Below, one piece after another: positions 48,613-58,425 of a DNA stretch of 58,425 bases. Below the pieces are notes generated by a model. The model was not told where the DNA came from. It searched no databases and saw nothing but the letters and a program-made list of their open reading frames with translations. A program made the translations under genes and the position numbers. Each line of letters starts with the position of its first letter. Within the stretch, counting starts at the first letter, position 1. The stretch is from the NCBI GenBank assembly GCA_050331735.1, contig JBHJGN010000079.1, forward strand, positions 1-58,425. Direction: 5' to 3'. This DNA comes from Cyanophyceae cyanobacterium (GTDB taxonomy: Bacteria; Cyanobacteriota; Cyanobacteriia; Cyanobacteriales; JBHJGN01).

Positions 48613-50700
48613 ATGGGAAGAGTAGTCGGCATTGACCTAGGGACAACGAATTCAGTAGTAGCCGTGATGGAAGGCGGCAAGCCATTAGTAATTCCGAATT
48701 CGGAGGGCATGCGGACTACTCCCTCAGTGGTGGGTTTCAACAAAGATGGTGAATTAGTCGTCGGGCAGATGGCGAGACGGCAGGCAGTGCTGAATCCTCA
48801 AAATACCTACTACGGGGTTAAGCGCTTTATTGGTCGCAAGTATACAGAACTCAAGCCAGAATCGAAGCGAGTTCCCTATACGGTGCGTCGGAACGAAGAG
48901 GGCAATATTAGAATACGCTGTCCTCGATTGAAAAAAGAGTTTGCTCCCGAAGAAATTTCGGCGATGGTGCTGCGGAAATTAGCTCAAGAAGCGAGCCGCT
49001 ACCTCGGAGAAGAGGTGACAGGAGCCGTGATTACGGTTCCGGCGTACTTTAATGACTCTCAGCGACAGGCCACCAGAGATGCCGGACGCATCGCTGGCTT
49101 AGAAGTATTGCGGATTCTCAATGAGCCAACCGCCGCCGCTCTCGCCTATGGTTTGGAGCAGCAAAACAGCCAAAAAATTCTGGTCTTTGACCTCGGCGGC
49201 GGCACTTTTGACGTGTCTATTTTAGAAGTGGGCGATGGTGTTTTTGAAGTACGAGCCACCAGTGGTGATACGCAACTGGGAGGCAGCGATTTTGACCGTC
49301 GCATTGTAGATTGGCTCGCCGACCAGTTTTTGGAACAGGAAGGAGTCGATCTGCGGCAGCACGATCGCCAAGCCCTCCAGCGCCTGCTCGAAGCGGCAGA
49401 AAAGGCCAAAATCGAACTGTCGGGAGTGACCGTTACCGAAATTAACCTGCCCTTCATTACCGCCACTGACGACGGACCCAAACACATTGAAACCAAACTG
49501 ACTCGCGCCCAGTTTGAAGAACTCTGTGGAGATCTCGTCAGCCGCCTACGCCGTCCCCTCAAGCGGGCTTTAAACGATGCTGGCATTTCTCCGGTCCAAA
49601 TCAGCGAAGTGGTGCTGGTGGGAGGCTCAACCCGCATTCCTCTCGTACAGCAGCTTGTGCGGAGCTTTATCGGGAAGGAACCCAATCAGAACGTCAATCC
49701 CGATGAAGTTGTTGCGGTGGGGGCAGCGATTCAAGCCGGGATTCTCGATGGTGAAGTTAAAGATGTGTTGCTGCTGGACATCACCCCTCTCTCTTTGGGA
49801 TTAGAAACCATTGGGGGCCTGACCAAAAAGCTCATTCCTCGCAACACCACCATTCCCGTGAGACGGTCAGATATCTTTTCAACCGCCGAAAACAATCAAA
49901 CCCTAGTCGAAGTTCACGTACTTCAGGGAGAGCGGGAAATGGCTGCCGGGAACAAGTCTCTCGGTCGATTTAAGCTCACAGGGATTCCTCCGGCCCCGAG
50001 AGGAGTGCCGCAGGTGCAGGTGGCTTTAGATATCGACGCGAACGGCATCCTACAGGTAACGGCCCGCGACAAGACCACCGGGCGAGAACAGAGCGTGACG
50101 ATTCAGGGAGCCTCGACCCTAAGCCAGTCAGAGGTGAATCGCATGATTCAAGAAGCCACCGAGTTCTTTGACCAAGACCGCGAACGGCGCGAGCGCATCG
50201 AAAAGCGCAACCGCGCTAAAGCACTGACGGATCAGGCGCAGCGGCGCATCAAAGAGGTCACGTTGGATTTCGGCGGTCAGTTTACTAGCTTTTATCGCCG
50301 CCGTATCGATACGCTCTGCGCCGAGGTAGACGAGGCTTTGAAACGCAACGATGAGCGGGCCATCGACAGAGCGCACTCGGATCTGCAAGATGCCCTGTAT
50401 GAACTAAATCGAGAAGTCAAATTGCAGTTTGAGGATGACGAAGATGACTTTTTCGGCTCGATTCGTCGGACGTTGATTGGGGATGACGAACCTTCTCGAA
50501 GACCAGACTACCGCGATTCCTACCGACGCGACTACCAAGACGATTACGGATATCGGGATGACTACGGCAGTGGCAACTACTACGACGAACGACCAAGGCC
50601 GGGGCGTTCAGAACCCACGCGCCGCTATCAAAATAGCGATCGCCTCCGCAATATGCCCTACGAAAACGACTGGGATGAGGAAGACGACGAATGGTTTTAA
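48613..50700 (+). CDS. dnaK: Chaperone DnaK, DnaK3 type
   Basis: [17 protein letters not shown] and DLGGGTFD motifs; acidic tail ending WDEEDDEWF; followed by dnaJ. Confidence 0.96.
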   Translation: MGRVVGIDLGTTNSVVAVMEGGKPLVIPNSEGMRTTPSVVGFNKDGELVVGQMARRQAVLNPQNTYYGVKRFIGRKYTELKPESKRVPYTVRRNEEGNIRIRCPRLKKEFAPEEISAMVLRKLAQEASRYLGEEVTGAVITVPAYFNDSQRQATRDAGRIAGLEVLRILNEPTAAALAYGLEQQNSQKILVFDLGGGTFDVSILEVGDGVFEVRATSGDTQLGGSDFDRRIVDWLADQFLEQEGVDLRQHDRQALQRLLEAAEKAKIELSGVTVTEINLPFITATDDGPKHIETKLTRAQFEELCGDLVSRLRRPLKRALNDAGISPVQISEVVLVGGSTRIPLVQQLVRSFIGKEPNQNVNPDEVVAVGAAIQAGILDGEVKDVLLLDITPLSLGLETIGGLTKKLIPRNTTIPVRRSDIFSTAENNQTLVEVHVLQGEREMAAGNKSLGRFKLTGIPPAPRGVPQVQVALDIDANGILQVTARDKTTGREQSVTIQGASTLSQSEVNRMIQEATEFFDQDRERRERIEKRNRAKALTDQAQRRIKEVTLDFGGQFTSFYRRRIDTLCAEVDEALKRNDERAIDRAHSDLQDALYELNREVKLQFEDDEDDFFGSIRRTLIGDDEPSRRPDYRDSYRRDYQDDYGYRDDYGSGNYYDERPRPGRSEPTRRYQNSDRLRNMPYENDWDEEDDEWF

Positions 50701-50786
50701 GCAGTAACCAGTATCTACCGTGACTGGCTAACTGGTAACTGATCGCTGACAACGAGCAACTGGTAACTGATAGTTAGTGAACTTCT

Positions 50787-51752
50787 ATGCAGAACTTTCG
50801 GAACTACTATGAGATTCTCGGGGTAACTAAGGATGCCTCCATGGAGGAGATTAAAAAATCCTATCGTCGCTTAGCGCGTCAGTACCACCCCGATTTAAAT
50901 CCGGGAGATCGGGACGCAGAAGAACAGTTTAAGAATATCGGCGAAGCCTACGAAATCCTCTCTGATGAGGCGAAGCGATCGCAGTACGATCAGCTTGGGC
51001 GATTCTGGAAGCAGCGCGGATTTACCCGCAATCGGGCTAAAGCCAAAGCGACTCCAAATTGGAACGGCGATGCGGCCAAAGACTACGACTTTAGTCAGTA
51101 TCAAGACTTTAATAGCTTCGTCGATCAGCTTCGCCATCGAGAGGGAGAGAACGGCACAGAAGCTCGCGTCCGCTCCACAGCGGCTAAGGCGTATCGCCCG
51201 GGAACCACTAAAACGGCCAAGGTGGTTACGCCCCGAACCGGACGACGGGATGTCGAAGCGCGGTTAACGCTGCCTCTAGAAAAAGCCTATCGCGGTGGTC
51301 GAGAACGCATCCGTCTAGAAGATGGACGTTCCCTAGAGGTAGACATGCCTGCTGGGATGGTCAACGGACAGCGCGTCCGGCTCAAAGAGCAAGGCCTCAG
51401 CGGCGGCGACCTGTATCTCAAAATTAGTATCGCGCGTCATCCTTTCTTTCAGCTCCAGGGAACCGATATTTACTGTCAGGTGCCGATTACTCCTAGCGAA
51501 GCAGCGTTAGGAGGAGCGATAGAAGTACCAACCATTGATGGCTTGGTGAAAATGTCTGTTCCTAAACAGGTTCGCTCCGGTCAGCGGTTACGCTTGGCTA
51601 ACAAAGGCTACAAGAGCGAAACTGGACGCGGCGATCAGCTTGTGGAAATCCAGATTGTCACTCCACCCGCCCTAAGTGAGGAGGAACGAGAACTGTACGA
51701 AAAGCTGCGGCGAATTGAAACGTTTAATCCGCGTCGGGATTTAGTGTTTTGA
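50787..51752 (+). CDS. dnaJ: Class B DnaJ protein (no zinc finger)
   Basis: J-domain with HPD motif and C-terminal DnaJ_C domain. Confidence 0.93.
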   Translation: MQNFRNYYEILGVTKDASMEEIKKSYRRLARQYHPDLNPGDRDAEEQFKNIGEAYEILSDEAKRSQYDQLGRFWKQRGFTRNRAKAKATPNWNGDAAKDYDFSQYQDFNSFVDQLRHREGENGTEARVRSTAAKAYRPGTTKTAKVVTPRTGRRDVEARLTLPLEKAYRGGRERIRLEDGRSLEVDMPAGMVNGQRVRLKEQGLSGGDLYLKISIARHPFFQLQGTDIYCQVPITPSEAALGGAIEVPTIDGLVKMSVPKQVRSGQRLRLANKGYKSETGRGDQLVEIQIVTPPALSEEERELYEKLRRIETFNPRRDLVF

Positions 51753-51986
51753 AGGAATTCCTGTGGGGATGGGGAAAGGAGGAAGGGAAAAATTACTGGC
51801 GAGCGGTTTAAACGAGAGGGGACAATCGTTTAGGAAATTTATATCAATTGTTGATGAGGAAATCGAAACACGTCATCCACTAATAACCCCCAACGGACCC
51901 GATGAGGTGTCTTTTGATGAGAAACTAAATTTAAGACGCCAGAGAGTAAGTTTTTTAGGTATAATTGAAGACCAAATATTAAGCAA

Positions 51987-52057
<71 letters not shown>

Positions 52058-52072
52058 TTGACTGACAGCTTT

Positions 52073-54133
52073 CTAATCAGAATGAGGTTCTCCAAACAAG
52101 ACAACGGAGCAGCGGAGGTTAGCAATGACCTGAGTCGTTACGTCGCTCACGGCTAGTCCTCCAGCGGTGCGGCGGCGAATGGAGCGCAGCACCACAAGAT
52201 CGTGAGCGCGGGCTGTGGAGACGATCGCCTCAGCAATATTATCGTGACGGAGGGTTTGAATCGTCCACTCAATCTGCGGTTGGGAGCGAGCAATAATTTC
52301 TTGGAGAATTGCTTCAAACGCACTTGCCTCCTGCTTAGGCGAGGAGCGATCGCCCACGTGCAGCAGCGTGACCTGGGCCTGATTTTCGTCGGCAAAGATT
52401 TGGGCAAACCGCATCGTTAGTAAGGTTTGGGGAGCAACGTTCTTAACGGGAACCAAGATGCGATGAATGTTGATCGGTTCATCGAGGAGGCGCATCACGG
52501 CTACCGGACAGTGACAGGACCAAAACACGCTGTCGATAACGTTACCGAAGAGACGAGCCTGAAAGCTTGTTGTGGAACTCCACCCCATCACGATCAGATT
52601 GGCCTGTTGTTCTCTAGCGGCGCGGCTAATGCCGTGAGCGACATCATCATCGATGCGGATGAGGGGCTTCGTTTCTACGCCAAACTCTTTTCCCACGGCG
52701 GTCGCCTGCTGAAGTAGCTGCTGAGCGCGTTCTAAAGACTGGTCGAGCTGGGGCTCGTCCATGTGGACGTGAGCTTTGGCAATGGCTAACGGCACAATTA
52801 CTCCTGATTCGTGGTGAGCCAGCAGCGCCCCCATCTCGATTAAATTTCTTTCGGTGCGGGGATTGCAAACAGGAATTACCACCGTAAAAGACTGAGCGGG
52901 AGCTCCTGTGAGGGGATACGTTGGCGAGCGTTTCCCTGGCTCCTCTTCGGTGCGATTTGGAATCGGGAGTTGACTGGCAGAGCGAGCCGTAAGCACTGGG
53001 CCGAGAATTGCCGTCACCAGCATCAGCACAATCACAGCATTAAATACGGAATCGGCGATCACGCCAGCATTTAAACCCACCAAAGCCGCCGCTAATGTAG
53101 CGGCTACCTGGGGTAAGGACAATGACCACATGGTAATCATTTCGTCCCAACGATAGCGGTAGAGGAGTTTAGCGACAAGAGCGGCGATGAATTTAGAGCT
53201 AATTAAAGCACCAACAATGGTTAGCGTTAACAGCAATTCTGATGTAAGACTGTCAATCAAACCAGGAATACTGAGCAGCAACCCCATGCCGACAAAAAAG
53301 AACGGAATGAAGAGAGTGCTGCCCACGAACTCTACTTTTTCTTCTACGGGAGAATGTCCAACGACATCGTTAACAGCTAAACCCGCTAAAAAAGCCCCGA
53401 CAATCTTATCAACGTTGATAATTTGCGCTCCCACTGACGCTAAAAAGACGGCCAGCAGCACAAACAAGAACTGATTACTTTCTTCATCTCCGGTACGGCG
53501 AAAATACTCCTTCCCCGCCCAGTCAAAGCCGATGAGAACAAGGGCTGCATAGGTGGCTAAGCTGCCTAGCTGAAGCGCCAAGCCCGTTGCAGAAAAATCG
53601 CCAGCGTGGACAGAGACGCAAACGGCGAGAACGAGTAAGGCAGCAATATCGGTAAAAATTGTCGCTCCAATAGTAACGGTAACGGCTTCATTGCTAGCTA
53701 CTCCTAAACGGTTGACAATGGGGTAGCCTAACAGCGTATGAGAAGCCATCAGGGAACCAATTAAAATTGAGGCATTCAAGCCAAACCCGAATCCCTGCCC
53801 GACTAGTGTTCCAAAAATGAGAGGAACCAAGAAAGTCGCTAAACCAAAACCCAGAGAACGATTTTTCTTTTTGCGAAAGTCTTCGAGATCGATCTCTAGA
53901 CCGGCGACAAACATTAGATAAATTTTGCCGATGTCTGAGAGCAGCTTTATGGTTTCGGATTCTGCATTGAGTAAGCCTAAGCCATCAGGACCAAGACAGA
54001 CTCCGGCAACAAGCAACCCCACGAGTCCGGGTAAGTGCAGCCGCTCAAATACAGGAGGAACCGTCAGAATGACGAGCAGTAGGATAGTAAAGCCAAGGAT
54101 TGGGCTATCTGGTAGCCCTTCAAAAAATTCCAT
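52073..54133 (-). CDS. CPA2 cation/proton antiporter with C-terminal universal-stress domains
   Basis: LMFVAGLEID, IFTDI and GAFLAGL; USP-like IVMGW...FGNVIDSV...CPVAV. Confidence 0.92.
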   Translation of the reverse strand: MEFFEGLPDSPILGFTILLLVILTVPPVFERLHLPGLVGLLVAGVCLGPDGLGLLNAESETIKLLSDIGKIYLMFVAGLEIDLEDFRKKKNRSLGFGLATFLVPLIFGTLVGQGFGFGLNASILIGSLMASHTLLGYPIVNRLGVASNEAVTVTIGATIFTDIAALLVLAVCVSVHAGDFSATGLALQLGSLATYAALVLIGFDWAGKEYFRRTGDEESNQFLFVLLAVFLASVGAQIINVDKIVGAFLAGLAVNDVVGHSPVEEKVEFVGSTLFIPFFFVGMGLLLSIPGLIDSLTSELLLTLTIVGALISSKFIAALVAKLLYRYRWDEMITMWSLSLPQVAATLAAALVGLNAGVIADSVFNAVIVLMLVTAILGPVLTARSASQLPIPNRTEEEPGKRSPTYPLTGAPAQSFTVVIPVCNPRTERNLIEMGALLAHHESGVIVPLAIAKAHVHMDEPQLDQSLERAQQLLQQATAVGKEFGVETKPLIRIDDDVAHGISRAAREQQANLIVMGWSSTTSFQARLFGNVIDSVFWSCHCPVAVMRLLDEPINIHRILVPVKNVAPQTLLTMRFAQIFADENQAQVTLLHVGDRSSPKQEASAFEAILQEIIARSQPQIEWTIQTLRHDNIAEAIVSTARAHDLVVLRSIRRRTAGGLAVSDVTTQVIANLRCSVVLFGEPHSD

Positions 54134-54283
54134 AAGACATCAAGTAAGAGCCCTGGAAAGGCTAGGGCAGTTCCGGGATTAAGTCCTTGCAGAAACAAGG
54201 AACAATCACCAATAAACTATCAACAAAAAGCCAAAATGTCCGATGGGAACTTACGAGGTAGGTAAGCTACTCTGTTTCACTGG

Positions 54284-54748
54284 CTACTGTTCCTGATTAA
54301 TGCGCTTAATGAGCCAGTAGCTGACCGATAAAGCGAGAATGGCAACTCCGAGAGCAACAAGATCAAGATTGGAATATTTATCTATATCAAAGATAATAAT
54401 TTTACGAGCGATCGCAATTAAGGAAGTGACAATGACGAGCTCAACTTGGACAATATGCTTCCTTAGATAAGCGGTAATATTTTCTAATAGTTCTAAAGCA
54501 ATTAAAATATTAAGAAATAGCCCGAAAAGCTCGATTAAAGTTTGATTAAAAAAGCCAACGGGTTCGTTAAAGATGTCTCGAAAAAGAAAAATAATCAGAT
54601 CGACAAGGCCAATCAGAATAATGGTGACTAAAGCGATTGATAAAACCTTCGAGACAATATTTTCAACCCGATGAATTCCCCCCAGAAAATTTTCATCCTT
54701 GAATAATCTTGCTGCTATTTTTTGCCACTGCTTCATGGGCGATCGCAT
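54284..54748 (-). CDS. PsiE-family membrane protein
   Basis: LIALELLENI..Y and LIAIARKIII.D motifs. Confidence 0.85.
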   Translation of the reverse strand: MRSPMKQWQKIAARLFKDENFLGGIHRVENIVSKVLSIALVTIILIGLVDLIIFLFRDIFNEPVGFFNQTLIELFGLFLNILIALELLENITAYLRKHIVQVELVIVTSLIAIARKIIIFDIDKYSNLDLVALGVAILALSVSYWLIKRINQEQ

Positions 54749-54907
54749 ATTGAACTAAACAGCCTCGGCTAATTGGGAAGAAGTTGCGTCGGCAAGCAGC
54801 CACATCCCCTCCTCACTCTACCGCAGATAAGCATGAGATTCTTAAATTCTGGCAAGAGGTTCATGGGTCGTTCAGGTCCGCTGATGAGGACCAATGACCA
54901 AGAACAA

Positions 54908-55570
54908 TTACAGCAAACCCCGATACCGAATAAACAGCAATATTACTGCCCACGAACCCAACGCTACTTTAATAGCAACGAGGATATTGAGTAAGGGAAT
55001 CACGCCACCGCTAAATAGCGTTCCCAATTCTCCGGCGGGAAATTCCCCGCCAACTAAGGTAATCACCGCCAACAAAATGAACACCAGCACCGACACCTTT
55101 TCCCAGGTAGCTGCCTGCCATTTTTGGTAAATAGCTTCCATCCATTGAGAGTTAGAAGTAATGGCAATCAACCCAATCGCCGTGCCTCCAGCCACCCCCG
55201 CCGCAAAACCACCACCGGGGCTTAGATGACCCCGGATGGCCAGTTCAATACTCACGAGCGCCGTAATCGTTGCTCCCAAACGCGCTAACACAATCGAAGG
55301 CTGGTCGCTGAATTGATACACGGTTTCGGTGGGTTGTTCGTTAGCCAGGAGAAAACGGACCCCCAAAATAGCGATCGTAAATACGACTACTTCAAAAATG
55401 GTGTCGTAGAGACGATTCCGAAAAATAATGCCGGAAACCGCATTGGGGACACCACTATCCTCAACGATCGCTTCAACAATCGTGACTTCCTCCCATTCGG
55501 CGACTGGATTGGGCATAAGGAGCATTTTGACAAACAGAGCTAGCCCGGCTGCAACGTAAACCCACTTCAT
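54908..55570 (-). CDS. mrpB: Mrp/Mnh antiporter subunit B
   Basis: NAVSGIIFRNRLYDTIFE and GHLSPGGGFAAG motifs. Confidence 0.9.
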   Translation of the reverse strand: MKWVYVAAGLALFVKMLLMPNPVAEWEEVTIVEAIVEDSGVPNAVSGIIFRNRLYDTIFEVVVFTIAILGVRFLLANEQPTETVYQFSDQPSIVLARLGATITALVSIELAIRGHLSPGGGFAAGVAGGTAIGLIAITSNSQWMEAIYQKWQAATWEKVSVLVFILLAVITLVGGEFPAGELGTLFSGGVIPLLNILVAIKVALGSWAVILLFIRYRGLL

Positions 55571-56235
55571 TAATGCTTGTCCTCCACGTTGGCTACAGTA
55601 ATGTAGGTAAGAACCGTTTCCGGTGAGGTCAGTTCAGTTTGCATAATTTCAAACAAACGACGAACTCTAATGGCGAGGCGCTGAGTGCGATCGCTGCTGA
55701 CGGCTAACTGAGAGCTTTCGCCTGCGCGATGGTCTGAAGCAAACGTCGATGGGAGCGGAGTCTTGACGCTTTCATACTGAACTGAAGCAGCTTCTTGGCG
55801 ATCGCCATCTGCTTCTGCTTGTTCAGATTCAGTACAAATCGCGTGAACTTCTTTAGCGAGCAAGGCCTGTTCTAAAGCTTTTGGATTTGAGTATTTTACT
55901 AACTCAAGACGCAAATGATGACGGCTCGTAATTTTTCTCAAACAAGCGATTAGTTCTGCTAAACAACCCGCTTCGGCCCCACCGCTAAGGATACCGAGAC
56001 GCATTACCAAAGAAGACCGAACTGCCACCACGTAGAGAGTAATTGCCAGCATAGTCCCGACCAAGGCTTCAGTCAAAGCCACATCCGCAGCGCCTAGAAC
56101 CGCATAAACTAAGGCAGCTACTGCTCCTAAAATGGCTCGAATTACCAGGGCATGATAGGGATTAACTTGAAAGACCAGTATCAACGCTGCTAACGGCAGC
56201 AGAGCGACGATCACGTAAATATAGCTCTCGATCAT
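55570..56235 (-). CDS. Mrp-associated DUF4040 subunit
   Basis: LGAADVALTEALVG motif. Confidence 0.85.
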   Translation of the reverse strand: MIESYIYVIVALLPLAALILVFQVNPYHALVIRAILGAVAALVYAVLGAADVALTEALVGTMLAITLYVVAVRSSLVMRLGILSGGAEAGCLAELIACLRKITSRHHLRLELVKYSNPKALEQALLAKEVHAICTESEQAEADGDRQEAASVQYESVKTPLPSTFASDHRAGESSQLAVSSDRTQRLAIRVRRLFEIMQTELTSPETVLTYITVANVEDKH

Positions 56236-56259
56236 AGTGATTTGTTATTTTGCTGATGG

Positions 56260-56580
56260 TTAATTGTTGGCTTTTAGCCTTGACTCACTTTCGACATTAC
56301 TCACATCACTCGTCGGCCCGCTACTCGAACAGTAGGCCAAAACGTACCCCAACACAGTATTCCAAATTGCCAAGGAAATAATGGCTAGGAGCAACAGCGA
56401 CCACTCCCGCGGGATTTTGAGCAGTAAACCAATAATGATACTCATTGAGCCTAGGGTATCGGCAACGGAAAGACCGTGGAGCTTGAATAAAACCGAACGA
56501 TGGCCAATGAGGGGCAACGTTCCCCAAAACCAGAAGATAATTCCTAGCACCATGAAACCATAGCTAATCGTGTCAATCAT
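56260..56580 (-). CDS. mrpG: Mrp/Mnh antiporter subunit G
   Basis: KLHGLSVADTLG motif; 4-nt overlap with the upstream gene. Confidence 0.85.
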   Translation of the reverse strand: MIDTISYGFMVLGIIFWFWGTLPLIGHRSVLFKLHGLSVADTLGSMSIIIGLLLKIPREWSLLLLAIISLAIWNTVLGYVLAYCSSSGPTSDVSNVESESRLKANN

Positions 56581-56828
56581 ATTTCGTTCATCCTTTTGAT
56601 TAAGTGAGCCAACAGCATTAATCCGGCATTGCCCACGCTCAGAACGATCACGGCTACAACCCCAATTGACCAATCATCGCGTAGAACAGAAATAAATAGC
56701 ATCATTATCGAGGTTTTCGTGGCAATACTGCAAAAAGCAAGCATTCTCTGCCAAATATCATCATCCTGACAGGCTTCGTAAATCGGGATTAGCAGAGCCA
56801 AAATCATGGCGATTAGAATCGATTCCAT
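56577..56828 (-). CDS. mrpF: Mrp/Mnh antiporter subunit F-like protein
   Basis: Three TM helices; position between mrpE and mrpG. Confidence 0.7.
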   Translation of the reverse strand: MESILIAMILALLIPIYEACQDDDIWQRMLAFCSIATKTSIMMLFISVLRDDWSIGVVAVIVLSVGNAGLMLLAHLIKRMNEI

Positions 56829-56858
56829 TGTTTTCCTGGTGTTCTTTTACGAAAAAAT

Positions 56859-57041
56859 AATGTTCATCTAAGAACATTTTGAGGGTCGAGAAAACGTCCT
56901 CAGCGGACGTTGTTAGCTCGAATAAGCGACATCAGGAGGCAAACTTGTTTTAAAAATAGAATTTTGAAAACCTTTTAGAGAGGCATTTTGCCGCCGTAGA
57001 GCGCTTGATTTAAGCAGCAAAAATGTTCTTATATGAACATT
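56859..57041. mobile_element. 183-bp segment bounded by 22-bp inverted repeats (MITE-like element or paired operators)
   Basis: AATGTTCATCTAAGAACATTTT (56859-56880) versus the reverse complement of 57020-57041, AATGTTCATATAAGAACATTTT: 21 of 22 identical. Confidence 0.5.
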
Positions 57042-57186
57042 TTGTCATTGCTGATCGGACATTAACAACAAGAGATTTTTCAATATTGTTGACTTCCATT
57101 TACTCAATCCGGCTCCTAATTTAGTTTGTAAGCATCAGTAAATACAAAACCTAGAGCTTATTAAAACTGGTGGCAGTAGCAGTTAA

Positions 57187-57630
57187 CTATTCTCTCCGAC
57201 TTCTGAGTGCTTTCCCTCTCCTGACTCGATGGACTTCGTACCAGCCCTGTTCGTGATACTTCAATACAATCGTTTTGGGGGTAAAGGTAATCAAAAAGAT
57301 ATCTAGAAACACCAATCCTGGCGTCCGTCGCGGTTTGACTTTTTCACAGACGAAATCTTCCTGGTTGTGGGGACGAAGCATAATTTGGATGGCTTCAATG
57401 TAAGCCTGCGGAATAGCAACAATAATCTCCCACAACACCTGTAGCCAGTCTTTCAGTGCTCCTGGTGAGGGAGCGCACCGGGGTAATAATAGAGCAATAC
57501 CGACACCGATAATGATGTTGGCTAGACTCAAATCGGCAGTGAGGAGAAACCAGATTGCCAATCGCAGGATGATATTAAGATAGGCGATTACGTTATTGCG
57601 TAGCCTTGGGATCGCGTCCATATTGTCCAA
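57187..57630 (-). CDS. mrpE: Mrp/Mnh antiporter subunit E (start uncertain)
   Basis: IWFLLTA..S..NIIIG and ITFTPKT motifs. Confidence 0.85.
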   Translation of the reverse strand: MDNMDAIPRLRNNVIAYLNIILRLAIWFLLTADLSLANIIIGVGIALLLPRCAPSPGALKDWLQVLWEIIVAIPQAYIEAIQIMLRPHNQEDFVCEKVKPRRTPGLVFLDIFLITFTPKTIVLKYHEQGWYEVHRVRRGKALRSRRE

Positions 57631-58424
57631 AAGAGTAAAATTAACATGATTGCCATCACTCCAATGAGATGAGTGAATTCCTCGCTCGTTCTTGGTAACT
57701 TAACAACCGTTTTTTTGAAGATCGCCAGATAAGCTAGCCAGCCAAGAGCGATCGTCGCCAGTGGTTTAACAATATTACTAAGGGTATAAGCTTCGTAGTA
57801 AAAAACGTTGGCTCCAATCAAGCCGCCCAGTAAAATAACCATAGCTCCCCAGAAACCGGGCTGACCCTTCCTCCCATCAGAATTAGCAGAAAACTGGAAA
57901 GGTTGGTGAGGGAGAAAGATAAATTTAGCAAAGGAAATAGCCGTTCCTAGCGCGGCTAGGTTCATCGCCACTACCTGCCAAGGCAGAAAGTTCTTGCTGG
58001 TTAACACCTTAGCTCCAAAACCCGATAGGAGCGGAAACCCCGAAATTGAGAAGCTTGCAAGCACCAAAGCTACCCAAATGGAGGTTTTAATCGGTTGATG
58101 GTGCAGTTGGTGGAAGTTACGGCTTGGCAAAATTCCCGCAATGAGAAACAGGGCCGCCTTAACTAGGCCGTGAGTAAGGGCATAAAAACCACCAACTGAT
58201 GGAGCCGCTAGCACAAAACCTAACTGGGAAATGGTATGAAACGCCAGCATCCGCTTAGTATCTTTTTCAAACACAGCATAAGCCACTCCCAAGAGCGCTG
58301 TTGCTACTCCAAAAAACCGCACCACCGGGTTGAGTTCTTCGAGCAGCAGCGCACAGCGCACCAGCGGAAATACCCCTGCCTTGACCACTACCCCCGACAG
58401 CATTGCGGACACGGGAGATGCTGA
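57588..58424 (-). CDS. mrpD: Mrp/Mnh antiporter subunit D; 5' end lies outside the window
   Basis: SAMLSGVVVK, KRMLAFHTISQLG, HGLVKAALFL and GFPLLSGFGAK motifs. Confidence 0.9.
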   Translation of the reverse strand, partial: SASPVSAMLSGVVVKAGVFPLVRCALLLEELNPVVRFFGVATALLGVAYAVFEKDTKRMLAFHTISQLGFVLAAPSVGGFYALTHGLVKAALFLIAGILPSRNFHQLHHQPIKTSIWVALVLASFSISGFPLLSGFGAKVLTSKNFLPWQVVAMNLAALGTAISFAKFIFLPHQPFQFSANSDGRKGQPGFWGAMVILLGGLIGANVFYYEAYTLSNIVKPLATIALGWLAYLAIFKKTVVKLPRTSEEFTHLIGVMAIMLILLFWTIWTRSQGYAIT

Positions 58425-58425
58425 C

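Overview
This is a cyanobacterial chromosomal window: the HIP1 octamer GCGATCGC is frequent, and petJ, dnaK3-dnaJ and argZ are present. From left to right it holds: (1) a 5'-truncated HTH-NB-ARC-WD40 STAND gene followed by helically phased repeats, a SulP permease lacking its STAS domain, and pseudogene/IS debris; (2) a cynABD-cynS cyanate operon divergent from DUF1348-CobW-WD40; (3) membrane glycosyltransferase-like genes; (4) a three-gene module with an atypical membrane-tethered Hsp70 and a GrpE-like partner; (5) a metal-limitation island (Nif11-like peptide, TPR, petJ, a Met/His-rich glycine-repeat protein, hydrolase, Crp regulator, futA/idiA, dps) in which three consecutive genes share a 22-bp promoter element with a PetR-type GAC-N5-GTC box; (6) a TetR unit with cysE-cysH; (7) a decaying, integrase-less attC cassette array carrying a toxin-antitoxin pair, NurA and a probable HerA remnant; (8) housekeeping genes argZ, ftsL-like/ftsI, a Sua5-family gene, dnaK3-dnaJ, tRNA-Cys, a CPA2 antiporter and part of the mrp operon. 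I saw no CRISPR array or rRNA. The best candidates for undescribed systems are the putative copper-starvation mini-regulon with a Met-ladder protein, the membrane Hsp70/GrpE-like module, and the STAND regulator with phased boxes. All family calls come from motif recognition by eye; no searches were run.
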